Source of the DNA: Euprymna scolopes
Lineage: Eukaryota
Assembly (NCBI GenBank): GCA_053919585.1
Contig: CM132785.1
DNA length: 64,000 bases
Strand: one strand, 5' to 3'
A program made the position numbers and the translations under genes. Under the pieces are notes generated by a model. It had not been told where the DNA came from, did no database searches, and saw nothing but the letters and a program-made list of their open reading frames with translations. Below are positions 25,340-38,277 of this stretch, piece by piece (the stretch's first letter is position 1; the number at the start of each line of letters is the position of its first letter).

Positions 25340-25619
25340 AGATATTAGCAAATATTTATAAAGGTGTGTACCCTATTTGCTAAAGTCAGTTAGATATGGA
25401 AAATCAAAATATACAATAATTGCATAATCAGAAGTCATATAACAAAGGAAATTGAAGAAAAGGATATAGAAATGTAGGTCCGAATTGCGCGGTAAAATTC
25501 ATGGTGTCTGTTCTTTAAAGCAGTGAGTAAATAAGATCCAAGCTATATATTGTGTGATCCGAATAACTTAGAAGATATGCCTGATCCGGATATCTAAGCA
25601 GTTATAGAGTCGCCATTTT

Positions 25620-26392
25620 GAGTCGTGTATCTACATTGGAAACTCTTGTGATTAGGTCGTCCACAATTATAGCAAATGATTTGTGTAATTTTCTTATGAG
25701 AAAAAATTATTTGGAAAAGTTGCGGTTTTTATTCCCAGCATGGGTATACTTTAATATTGACGTTTTTATGTGTACATTTTTAAATGCCATGATATTTGTT
25801 GAATCGTTTGTTTCTGTGATCATTTTTTCAGGTTCCTCGTAACTTCTGAGTGCTACCTTGAATTGGCTAAAAGTCATGGGGTTTTCTTTCTGGGTTATGA
25901 CGGTGGTAAATGGCTTGAAATCACTCGGTAATCTCTTAAGGACCATGGAAATTAACAGACTGGCACTTATAACTTCACCAGACATGTTTAAAGAATTTTC
26001 AGTCGTTCCAGCTCTTATAATATAATCAGTAATAGTTTCGTCTTCTATTCGTTAAAGAGAGGTCATTTCAGTATATAAAGAAATAATTTTGGCTTTTCCT
26101 TTCGATAAATAATGCTCTCTTAATATGTTATATGCTTTGCAGCCATCATCCAGGGCTTCTCTCGTTACCAGTGATAGACTTCGGGCATCTAATCACTGTA
26201 AATAATCCGCAAAAACAGTTGCGTTCTTTTCAATGAAGTCGGGGTCGTTTCTGTTTCCAGGTTGTGTTTGAAGTACTTGTGTAGCTTTTGACTTCGTAGA
26301 TATCCTAGGAATTGTACTTGCCTCAAATTGAATTTTGATTCAGATCCATCGAAATACACACTGGGCGCATAACCTCTAGAAGTGTAATCCAT
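25620..26392 (-). pseudogene. gag: Ty1/Copia gag pseudogene with CCHC zinc knuckle
   Basis: YFDGSESKF..FLGYLR, ARSLSLV..DDG.KAYNILREHYLSKGK, LLISMVLKRLPSDFKPFTTVITQK..FKVALRSYEE, then ICYNCGRPNHKSFQC. Frameshifted; pol absent. Confidence 0.85.
26361..26374 (-). promoter_or_regulatory. Copia primer-binding site (half tRNA-iMet type)
   Basis: Minus strand GGTTATGCGCCCAG, one mismatch from the copia-type GGTTATGGGCCCAG. Confidence 0.75.
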
Positions 26393-26700
26393 GTTTAGTT
26401 TCAGAACAGCTTCCGATGGGTCGTTGTCCTACAAAAGTTCTGGGAGTTGACTGGTTTGGAGTAGACAGTTCTCGAGTTGGAATCCACAGAGAAAAAGATT
26501 CTTCCGTGTTGAGACGTAGCACATGCGAAATTGCTACATGTGTAATTTGTTTAATATTTATGAAGCAATTCTGGTTTCTGATCGGTTGGTAGCAGAACGT
26601 AAATTAATTCGATTCGTCAGTTCCTAGCAGCATCGTTTATAAATAGGATCTCCCAACCATGCGGGATCATACCCCATTATATTCCAAAAATATATTAACA
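26375..26700 (-). mobile_element. Putative Copia 5' LTR
   Basis: Begins TGTTAA on the minus strand and ends directly at the PBS. No second LTR is available to confirm the boundary. Confidence 0.5.
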
Positions 26701-27868
26701 TCCCCTTGTCTGCCGATTCAACCTCTAAACGTGTTTTGATTTATCTTTGCCAATTCGAAAATCTGCACACGATAAGCAAAAGAAGAAATATTATATAATC
26801 CACAGTATTAGGATGTTCCCGATCCTTCAGCCAGGATCGGGTGGAAGGTTCACGATTCACAAATGTATACTTAGTATTTCCTGCACTGAGCCACATTCCA
26901 GAATCCAACAAATTACACTTTATAGAAATCATTGAAATCATCCGACGAACTATTGTAAGAAAACACTAAGGACGAGAACAAGAGTCTTAAAAAATATAAA
27001 AATTATGAAGAATTACCTACAACATCAGAACTATATTTCTAAAATATACATATTTACAATCATTTGAGATTGGTAAAGTAATGAACATTATATCAGGGAC
27101 AATCCAACAATAAAAAGGGGTTATCTTCGTGTATGAATCTGATGTTATAAGCTAAATACGTGTCCATAGTATAAGATTTTTACTTTTCTAAATAATATAG
27201 TTGTGTAAAAATATATAAAACAACGCTTGTGGTATTTGTTAGATTATTGTTTTTTCTTTAGTCAAAATAATCCTTTTCGTTTTCTGTCGTCTAAATGAAG
27301 ACAATGCAGGTAACGATTTAATGGATCGATGTCTTGCAAACCATACAGGATAAATTCCGAGCAGCTAATAGTGTCTATAAGACGCGGAGTGTAATGAAAT
27401 GTGAGTGCGTAAAATTATTTTATTACGCTGAATTTTTACTACATAATGACGTGTTTGTAACGCTCTAGCTTAATAGACGATTGGATATCAAATGTTATTG
27501 TAATCTGACAATATGAATGTAAAAAGACGGCTGAATGAATTTGCAGATTTAAATATACCTTCTCATTTATTGCGTCGAAATTTTAAGTCAAGTAAGATGA
27601 CTGATATTTATTTTATAAACATGTACTGTCCATCATCTATATTGTATTTTTTTAATAAAATTCAAGTTAGATAATCATTATGACACGGTGATGGATGGGG
27701 TAAATAATATATTTTCTAAAACATGCTCGGTTCATACATACAAAACCCTATCGAAAATAGAGACGGCAATATATCATATAATATAAAGATGAATACTTAA
27801 GCAAGTGTCTAGACGTTAATGTCAAAAATCGTATAACAGACCAGTTCAAATAGAAAATAGATAGATAA

Positions 27869-27945
<77 letters not shown>

Positions 27946-28150
27946 TATATAGTAAATGTGCATTATGACCTGGTAAAAGGAATAGCTAATAGGATTACAA
28001 TTAAAAGCAAAGAGTGATCAAAAGTTATACGTGCATAATAATATTATTGTAATTAGAAGCTTACAATACTTGCTATTATTATTGCCAGTAAGCTGAACAA
28101 AACCCACAAGGCTGTAATGCAGCTAAACCTTTCTGGATAATATCCGTTAC

Positions 28151-28233
<83 letters not shown>

Positions 28234-28236
<3 letters not shown>

Positions 28237-28433
28237 TGGCCCCCCAAAAAACAAAAGCCAAATGGAGGTCATCTAGCACATATGCTGTAGAACGGGGGAA
28301 AAGAACCAAATACCCCAATGTTTTGATGTGATGTTTCGAATATAATAAGCTAAGTATGACAAATGTTTAATTTCATTCGGACAAAATAGTAAGAAATGGG
28401 GCGTAATTAGAGTGTGTTCCCGGTTTTTGGGTC

Positions 28434-28439
<6 letters not shown>
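28234..28439. mobile_element. Tc1-like MITE inserted in (TA)n
   Basis: Imperfect TIRs CAGTGGCCCCCCAAAAA and TTTTTGGGTCACCCTA resembling CAGGGTG.CCCAAAAA; TA on both sides. Confidence 0.45.
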
Positions 28440-28487
<48 letters not shown>

Positions 28488-28513
28488 TATGTATAAAATA
28501 TATATATGGCAAT

Positions 28514-28559
28514 AAAGCTACACAGAATATTCCGCGTTTTATCCACGCTAGAATTCGTC

Positions 28560-28565
<6 letters not shown>
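28514..28565 (-). ncRNA. Degenerate family A hammerhead motif in an ~80-bp unit between two (TA)n tracts
   Basis: CTGACGA-ATTC-tagcgt-GGAT-AAAA(G12>A)-CGCGGAATATTCTGTG-TA-GCTTT; 5' strand of stem I largely lost. Confidence 0.65.
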
Positions 28566-28627
<62 letters not shown>

Positions 28628-28630
<3 letters not shown>

Positions 28631-29287
28631 CAACCTAACTTTTCGGGAGTTGTGTCCTGGTCTCGTCTCTATTTCTTATTCTTGGATAGATTTGTTTTCT
28701 CCACCTAAAAATGTCAATATATATGGTTGTTTGTGTGTCTGTGTGTGCATATGTCATTGTGTACGTGTATGTAAGTGTTTCATTGAACAGCAGAAAATTT
28801 TGTGAAATTATTGTAAAATAAATTAAAATCGTTTTAAAGCAATAAAGAAAAAATCGTTTTAAAGCAATTAAGCGTATATTCTCTGATATTGAATCGTTTT
28901 GATTGTCGATTTGTATTTGCAAATGAGTATGGCTTCTGTAATTTTGATGAACATGTTACAATATCAGAGGAATAGAATGGCGTTATGTTTAATTTTTTTA
29001 TTACTTTGTTTCTTAATTCCTTTTCGGTGATCTCATTTGCTACTAGATTTGTTAGATTGGGCTAATAGGAGAAAACAGGTGGCATGTAAGTCGGCGAGAA
29101 GTACTGGTCCTTGCCATGCCGATGTATGAATTGCTTTTGGAGACACATTTTCTATAGGACATTGGCCCGTCAAACTGAAAAGAGAATGACAAGAAAAAAA
29201 GCAGGAATCATCCCTGCTGTTCAATGAAACATTCATGAGAAATAAATACGTTCTGTGTAGTTTAATTGGCATATATATTTTATAACT

Positions 29288-29347
<60 letters not shown>

Positions 29348-29435
29348 CAACCTAACTTTTCTGGATTTGTGTCCTGGTCTCGTCTCTATTTCTTATTCTT
29401 GGATAGATTTGTTTTCTCCACCTTAAAATGTCAAT
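28628..29435. repeat. Two direct copies of an ~88-bp segment (28628-28716 and 29345-29435), each starting at a (TA)n tract
   Basis: TTTCAACCTAACTTTTC.GGA.TTGTGTCCTGGTCTCGTCTCTATTTCTTATTCTTGGATAG...AAAATGTCAAT is nearly identical in both. Confidence 0.85.
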
Positions 29436-29782
29436 CCTAAATATATACAACACAACTAATATCTTTCAAGGTTTTAAGCTTAAACCGTTATAAATTACAA
29501 CAGCGTCTCTAAACATAAGCAAATAATTATTATTTAATAATAATAATAAACCCCCTCTCATTATAGACACTCCTACTACTTTACATTCCAACGTCCCCCT
29601 CCAACTCTCCCCATTCTAATCTAATTCCCCTAAATCTGCAACGATTTTTTCCATTCTTATTGGTATTTAAACTCAGTCCATCTATGAATTCTGACGAAAC
29701 TAGTCGGATCTCTCCTCATCTTCAGAGGATATCTTCCTAGGGGAAACAATATGTAAATTCATTCTGGACTCACAACAATACA

Positions 29783-29873
<91 letters not shown>

Positions 29874-30110
29874 CGAGCAGAAGTTAAAAATCAGCCAGCA
29901 GAAAATGGACTTTGATTGATGAAAGTATAATAGGTTATGAAAAGGAGGGGGCTGTAAAGAGATAGGTTTTGATACTCAAAAATTTTACCCTAAGCAAAAT
30001 ATAATGAAAGTCAAGACAATTTTCGTAGAAATATATTTTTTATATCAACTTTGTTTCTATTCGTAGCCAAGAGTGACCACAAAATGATGTTTCCTTACAA
30101 AGAGAAAATG

Positions 30111-30186
<76 letters not shown>

Positions 30187-30192
<6 letters not shown>

Positions 30193-31350
30193 CCGACTTA
30201 CGCAACCCTTACATTAGCCTACCTGGAAGAAACCTTATATAAAGAGATAGAACCAAAATTTGGCCACAGCACTAAAAAAATATTTGTAGAATCATGGAAA
30301 AGGTACTTAGATGACTCCTTCATCCTATGGAAACCCACATGGGGGACATCACAGACTTACACGCCATACTCCAGAACCTACACCCAAAAATTAAATTCAC
30401 CATAGAACAAAGCTCTACAGAATTACCTTTCCTAGATATACTGATAAAGATTAAAGACAATAACATCATCACAGACATTTACCGAAAAACTACAGACACC
30501 CAACAATGCCTACACTTTAAAATCACCACCCTAAAAGATGCATGAAATCAATTCCCTACACCCTAGCACGTAGAATCTGCACAATAATCACGGACAATAA
30601 CCTTCGGAAAATCCGACTCAAGGAACTACGAATAAATTTAAGAAAAAGAAAATACCCATCACAACTTATAGACAAAGGGATCCAACTTGCGATAAATATA
30701 CCAGTAGAAGATTTGAGAACCCCTAAAGAACGAAACAAAGAACCAATCCTAACATACGTGTCCACACACAACACAAACAACCCAGAGCTTTTCACAGAGA
30801 TAACGAAAAACCTCGTCCTACTTAACCAAAACAGCAAACTAAACAACTTCCTTAAAACAACAAAAATAATAAAAAGCAAACGCCAACCCAAAAACCTAAA
30901 ACGCATTCTTACCTCATCCAAACTCAATCAAGACGCAACAAAAGGAGTCACAAAATGCAACAAACAACGATGTGGAGTCTGCAACATATTATTAGAGGGA
31001 ACCACATACACATTTACGAACCCCATACAAACATTCAAAATTAAAAAAAAACCTAGATTGCACCTCAAATAACGTGATATATGTAATAAAATGTCCAGCA
31101 TGCGATAAATCCTACACAGGCGCTACAAAAAACCTTAGTAATAGAGTAGCCCTACACCGATCCAACATCAAAATCGCGGAAAATAGACACCTGCATGTAT
31201 CACAACATATACACACATGCAGTTGAGGCAGATTCGAGATAATGCCCATCTTCCAAACTGACAACTACTTTTACTTGCTAACACAAGAAAAAAAACTTCA
31301 TAGCAAAGTTTAACCCTGTCTTAAACATCTCTCCTTTATTATACACATAA
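30187..31350 (+). pseudogene. PLE reverse transcriptase (C-terminal half) plus GIY-YIG endonuclease, frameshifted
   Basis: MAPTYA, WKRYLDD, LHPKIKFT.E...LPFLDI, DIYRK.TD, SIPYTLARRICTI, CNKQRCGVC, CTSNNVIYVIKCPACDKSYTG...R...H. Confidence 0.93.
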
Positions 31351-32224
31351 AAGGGCAAAACAGAAAATACACTTACACGCATGCATAATGGGGTAAATGT
31401 GCACCCTCACACACGAAACAAAAAAAAAGCACAATAAAGCACACACACACACACTTTCACGGGTGCGCGCGTCCATACCCAGTACAGTACCATTTCTCTA
31501 AACTAAACAAACAATTAGAAATTGTACGTATGTATGTGCATGTATGCGCGTGTGTGCATGTGTATATGTGTGTGTGTGAGTGTGTATATATAATTGTGTA
31601 TGTGTGTGTATGTATATATATATATATACATATGTCATCTGTTATCTATGCTACATCTTGTTTGTGTGTATACGTGCACTTATGTTTGGGTGACCGAATC
31701 CATGTATGCATATGTGCTTGGATTAGAAAAGAAAGGAAACTTCAACCAATATATACATAAGGTGGGATATATGAATATGTATGTGTATGTGTGANNNNNN
31801 NNNNNNNNNNNNNNNNNNNNNNNNNNNNNNNNNNNNNNNNNNNNNNNNNNNNNNNNNNNNNNNNNNNNNNNNNNNNNNNNNNNNNNNNNNNNNNNNNNNN
31901 NNNNNNNNNNNNNNNNNNNNNNTATGAGTGGGTAAATGTGTTCGTGTTGATATGGATATACACGTATGTGTGAGCCCCTGCATATGTCTGTGTGTATGCA
32001 TGTGTGTGTATGTGTATGTGCCTACATAGTATGTGGATGTTTGTGAGTGTATATGCACATACATGTATGTGTGTATATATATGTGTGTATGTGCGTGTAT
32101 ATGTGTGTATATATATCTTCTCCTACCTATTCTCCATCTTACTTGTGTGTGTGTGTGTGGGTGCGTGTACTTATGTCTGAATCATTAAGCGCATATATAC
32201 ATGCGTGTTTTGGTTGGAAAAAGA

Positions 32225-32302
<78 letters not shown>

Positions 32303-32758
32303 GAAATAAAAAAAATGAAAAAATAAAACTAATTAACGTGTTAGTGGTGGATGTGTGTGAGTACGTGTGTTAGTGTGTAGGTGGGTATGTATATATGTAT
32401 GCTCCTACATATATTTCTATATATGTGCGTGGGCGTATGTGTGTGTGCCTGCGTGCGTGTGCGTATGCATGTGTACATGTACATTAATGTATATGTATGC
32501 GTGTGTGATTGTGTGTGAGTGTGTGTATACATGGGGAAAGAAAGTCTGTAAGAAGAACCCTAAAAAAACATAAAAAACCTTCACCAAATGGACCAAAAAC
32601 CCTTCTTTGAATCTAACTTTGACCGGACACTTTGAACACTTACAGTTGGAGTCAGAATGTCTGAGACCATACATCACGCTGAAAAACACATTTAGTATCA
32701 GCGGAGGTAAAAATAAGTCTACAGACTCCCATTTTAAAGAAAAACTTTTTAAGAAAAC

Positions 32759-32796
32759 ATCTGAAGAGAGCACCCCCTAAGCTCGAAACGCGTTAT
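32759..32796 (+). ncRNA. Minimal hammerhead motif in the PLE pLTR (family D)
   Basis: CTGAAGA-GAGC-accccctaa-GCTC-GAA-ACGCGT-T: intact core, 4-bp stem II, palindromic stem III; stem I only 2 bp. Confidence 0.7.
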
Positions 32797-32917
32797 AAAA
32801 ATATTTTAAAATACAAATAGGATGAAAACCTTTAAAAAACCCGCAATTGTTGATGGCTACACTCTTTTAATATACATTTTTTCTCTCGTTGGAACTATAC
32901 AACCATCACTTTAAATG

Positions 32918-32971
<54 letters not shown>

Positions 32972-34171
32972 AAATAAATGGTAACATAGTCAATAAAAGT
33001 TACTTTTATGGTAGAAAAGTTCATTGGTTTGTATATTTAAGTAGTTTGTAACCAATTTTTTTTTTTAATTCACGAACAGGTTTAAAAATACAAATGGAAG
33101 CGATTTGAAATGGACAGCCCCGTTTTCATTTTTAAGGAGAAGCACCTGGGCATTCTATGTTAACAATTTAACAGAGTGCCGTCAACGTAAGGAATATTTA
33201 AAACATATTTTAATGTGTTCCGTTATTTTTCTTGAGCAATATTCGATTATGGCATGTGTAGTTTATATAAAACTTCAGATAAGTAGTTGTCGCCTCAAAC
33301 TTCGATTTAAATTCGGTTGGCTGAAATTATTTCAAGTAACGAGCATTAAAAATATTTCAAAACAAAAAGAAAACATGAACTTAACTTTTCTTTACTATGG
33401 TAACATTTATTTCTTGTATGTTATTTTTTCAGGTTGTCGTTTGTTGGCTTTTCTGCGAAACACTCTTACTAAATAATATCGATGAAATATAGAATGACAA
33501 AGAAACTAAAACAATTTTTAAAAATAATGAAGCTTTACTTAATTTAGTAAAATAATCCGAAACAGCAAAATGGGATATAAAAAAAGTAAACACGTAATTA
33601 TTTTAGTTTTTTAACGCAAAGAATCGATATAAATATGAATAATAAAATGTCGCCTTCTTCAAGCAGAACAGCTTCGTTTCAATTTTACAGGATTAAACGG
33701 TGTATTATTGCGACGTAGGATTCAGGGTTGTACTATTGTAACGTAATAACACGCAGAAACGGTTATAACCAACTGAACTCATTCTAGTACATTGACAAAA
33801 AAGCTTAAACAGCTATATAAATATAAATAAAAAAGGTTATGTAAATGTTTTTAACAAGACACGTAATCACGTGAGCAGGATTTTTTCCTTCCTTTGACAC
33901 GATAACAAGTAACGTTCTTATTTTTTCTCATTTATGTATTTATCTATTTTCGAAAGAGTGCCACGTTCAAATGGAGAAGAAAAAAAAAACAGAGTTATCC
34001 AAAATTTGTGTCGGGAATTGTCAAAAGTTCCGCCTTTTTTTGTTTTCTCTTTTATAAGATCGTGAATTTATGAGATGAATTTATTCAACACAATATGATT
34101 CAACTCAAAAAATAAATAAAAGCTAACGTGAATTAAGATTACTATAAAGTGTAATTGTGGACCATCGCTCT

Positions 34172-34667
34172 TTTAAAAAAAACAAAACTTGTTAAACTTT
34201 GTGATATATTTCCATTCTATGGAGGTCAGGCCCGAACGAACACCCAATAATTTTATTGTACCATATTTCTTCAAACTTAAATATAATTATCAAAGTATAC
34301 TTACGCAAATAGATACGAAAAGTCTTTGTTAAAATTTGTAACATATTTTCATGGAGTACAGGCGTGAACGCAGACCCCGCAATTTTATTATACCATCCCT
34401 ATTTATGTCGAAACATACTTATCAAAGTATTATTATGTACATCTGTATAAAAAACCCTTGTAAACGTTTTTTTTTTTTCATTTTTTATTTCCATACTTCC
34501 GGGGCCAGGCGCGAACGCGGCCCCACAATTTTTATGACCCACCGTTCTGCCAGATCGAACATACCGATTCCTCGATACATCTTCTATCATTATATGCACT
34601 CAGTTGTTTTAAAATAGTCAACAATATAGGCGCCTATTCGCGACTAGACACAAACACACACACAGAC
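34172..34667 (-). mobile_element. Partial inverted copy of the Helitron-like element at 108-858
   Basis: Reverse complement aligns by eye to about 125-620; the 5' end falls in the N-run. Confidence 0.75.
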
Positions 34668-35187
34668 NNNNNNNNNNNNNNNNNNNNNNNNNNNNNNNNN
34701 NNNNNNNNNNNNNNNNNNNNNNNNNNNNNNNNNNNNNNNNNNNNNNNNNNNNNNNNNNNNNNNNNNNNNNNNNNNNNNNNNNNNNNNNNNNNNNNNNNNN
34801 NNNNNNNNNNNNNNNNNNTTTGAACATTAACATACACACTGACTCATTTTTAATAGTTTTTTTAATGCCCACATTCAGTCAGTGTTTTTACGACTATAGC
34901 TAATTTATCTAAACACGTCTGTATTAAATGTGTGTATATATTCTCTGTTTATTACCATATATTTTAATAATTTCTGTTTATTTATTGATAAATTACTTCA
35001 GTTACCGATCATTTTTTAGTGAAAATGAATTTTGATTGCTGCGTATTAAATCAAAACGATATGTTAAAATATTACTCATGTGGATTTTCGATGTTTTACT
35101 TATTACATTGAATGTGTTAATACTGCCTTTGAAATGATTTAGAAACCAAAATCATATACTTTGTCTAAGACAGTGTAAACAGATAAC

Positions 35188-35331
35188 ATCTCTAATTTCA
35201 ATATTTTTTATCTTCCTATGAGTTGCATTTAAAAATGTACGTTATAACATTCGTAAAATCTCTAATTTTAATAATTTTTATCTTCCTATGAGTTGCATTT
35301 AAAAATGTACGTTATAACATTCGTAAAATCT
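35188..35331. repeat. 70-bp tandem duplication
   Basis: ATCTCTAATTT...CATTCGTAAA present twice with about 2 differences. Confidence 0.9.
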
Positions 35332-37372
35332 TAAATCAACGTAATTGCAATGTTACAGAATCTAGGATTCATAATTACAGAAGTTGCATCGTCAGAAATA
35401 TCGTCCATCATAAGTAGCAACTAGTCTGTTATAATTTAGTTCTTGTCTATTATTACAATATTTATTGCTTAGATATTAATTATACACTATTTATATTGAC
35501 CTTGCGATAACAGAGTAAATTACAAGACAAATTGCTTAGAGCAAACGCATTCAAATTATATAAAAAGAACGCACTGTTTATCGATAATTAGCACTTAAAT
35601 ATGTGTGCGTTTTTACATAAGACGGGTCAGAATTTAGATTTTATAATACAAGACATTTTATTAAATCAGTGGCAATTGTAACATGTTGTTCTAGCATACG
35701 TACAGTGAGGATGGCATATTGAGTCAGTTTCCTGTTCAGATGCAGTCACATCTAATAAAAAAAATCATTATTTTTTAACTGACTAGTAAATGTCCTTGCT
35801 TTGGCAGGTACTTTCTCTTTAGATGAGTGTCACATACTTGAAGTAACCACGCTTGATTCTATCTTAGTTACTTGCGAAGGGAAATTCACAGTAAATTTAT
35901 TATCTACTTATTTAAAATCTATGTACATAATTCATGCAAGTTGAAATCAAATTCTCATAATTTGAGGCGATTAATAAGTCTTAACGTTGTTTCCTTAGTG
36001 TAACATAATAATGACAAGATTTTTTAGAAACTTCTAATTCGATAAAATTAAATGTGTCATAACATGTTCTATAACAATGAAATGCGACCCTTTGAGCATT
36101 TCTATTGCCTTAAGATGGAGAACGAGAACGATATATTAAAACACAAGGAATATGTATTATAATTCTATTATTTCAAAAGACAGAGTTACACCCGCATTTT
36201 CAATACATTTAAAACCTGTGGCATATGATTAAGAACATCTTCATTAAATCTCATATATCCTAGAATGCGTTACTGTCTCGAAATAAAGTGAAATGCTTCT
36301 CACTACAATGCATGTTACAGGTTTCATCTCTTCTGATTAGTGTTTAAAACAGATTTAAATCGAATATACGAAAGAGTTGTATGTTCTATTTCTATAGTTC
36401 CTTATTTATTGAGACACTGGCGATATTTTTAGTAAAAAAATAAATAATAAATAATACACTCATATGGAATATGATGTGATTTGGTTTTAATAAAATATCA
36501 AATTATGGGAAAATATATATTCACTTTTAAAGCAGTGTTACTTCTCAAACCACCTCCCCATATAGGTAAAGAAATATAAAGCAGGTCAGCTCATCAAAAA
36601 CCGAGCGACCACATTTCGTTAGCTAATAAGGTATAAGGAAACCAATGACACCACTACATTATCTGCACTTGTAGATGTACCATGTTATGCTTACATTTAA
36701 TTTTCATATATACAGCACATAAATACTCTATGGCTGAAATCATGCTATTTAAAATACAATAGAGGAAATAGTATCCCGTGTAGTGAACTGCACATTTGTC
36801 TAAAACATATAACACACTGGATTAAAACTTATTACTATTATATTTCCTCCTTAAACTGAGAAATAAATACTGTCTATTACTACGCGTCATGATTTTTACA
36901 TTTATAGTAACCTGATAGTGTCGGTTTTAAATCGAAAAGAATAAAATCTGCATTAATGATGTACGCATTATTTACTTTTATAAAAAAAAATCGAGATGTC
37001 TAAGCATATGCATTTATAAAAATATACCTGATTGTGTGCGATTTTTCAAACAAAGCATCCATTTTTCTTTCTTGTATATGAACGATATTCAAGCGAACAA
37101 AAAAAGAGATTATCCATTTTTATCGCCATTGCCAAATTGATACATTAGAAATTACTGAAACACAGTTGAATCAGCGAAACACAACTATGTAACACAAAAG
37201 TTGATGTATGTTTTTCGGCATAGTGAGATGCAATGTTCATACATGAAATGTATAGATTCTAATATTTATAAAGTTTAAGTGATTTATTTCGAGGTCTGCG
37301 AACTATATTTCTACATGCTCCTTTTTATTATGGAAAATAATATTATTTCGAAGAATGCAAATAATTTATTTA

Positions 37373-37480
37373 CTAGCAGGCTTTCCGGCGTTGCCCGGTC
37401 GTAAAATATATTTTATTAGTGCGGATTCTTTATTTATTACTAGCATAACCCCTAACCGGCGTTGCCCAGTGGAAGCATGA
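37373..37480 (-). mobile_element. Two stacked Helitron-like 3' termini
   Basis: Minus-strand hairpins (C)C/TGGGCAACGCCGG, each followed by CTAG-T, at 37376-37373 and 37443-37440. Confidence 0.6.
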
Positions 37481-38002
37481 AACCACCCCCGCGTAAAAAA
37501 AAAATAAAGCGCGGATGTTGTTGTTGTTGTTGTCCAACCTAGAATCTCCTCATGATAATAACCGTTTTCGGAATAGGTACTCCAACCTCCACCTGTCAAG
37601 AACTGCTTTCCTAATAGAAACACTATTTTGTGAGTCGGTGTTGGGCTGTATATCAATTTGCCTGACATGTAACTTTGATAATGACTGTCAGGATTCCCAC
37701 ACGCTTGGCCTTTTGAGCCAGGATCAAAATGTGGTATCTGTTGTGATGCTGCACTTCACTATTTTCACTTCGCTTTATTGGTCTACTTTTGTGAAAGGGA
37801 AATCTTTCATAACCGAGACATTTCTTTATTTTTCTTACTAACCAAGGAGCCCCTTTTAAGGAGCTAGTGTCTTCTTTAATTATAAATCGACCCTGTGTCT
37901 TACTCTCTTCTCGCTGGTAGTTAATACCCCCCAATACTATGTACGAATAAGAAAATTTGGTGGTTCCAGTGTCGGTTTGTCCGTGCATAGTAAGTTGGCT
38001 TG

Positions 38003-38209
38003 CAGGGTATGGTCATGGTATGTTTCATGGTATGGTTCAGGGTATTGTTCGGGGTATAGTTCCTGGTGTTACGTGATCAACCTGAGGGAGCAATTTGCCC
38101 CCATTGAGGAGCTTTAAACCTCCCCAGGGGCCTGAGAGGGCCGAATAACTATGTAAAGATTACTTTAATAGATCTGTGGTAACGGCGGATATCCCGATGA
38201 CTTAAAGTA

Positions 38210-38277
<68 letters not shown>

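Larger units (their letters stand above)
30187..32915 (+). mobile_element. 5'-truncated Penelope-like element (Neptune-like) bounded by (TA)n
   Basis: ORF remnant, microsatellite-rich 3' region and terminal pLTR with HHR; (TA)n at about 30112-30187 and 32920-32966. Confidence 0.85.

Noticed and set aside
26818-26841. 9-bp GC-rich hairpin CCCGATCCT/AGGATCGGG
   Set aside because: Isolated, with no CTAG terminus or ribozyme core; could arise by chance.
27748-32573. Many IYIY and CVCV ORFs
   Set aside because: Translations of (TA)n and (CA)n microsatellites.
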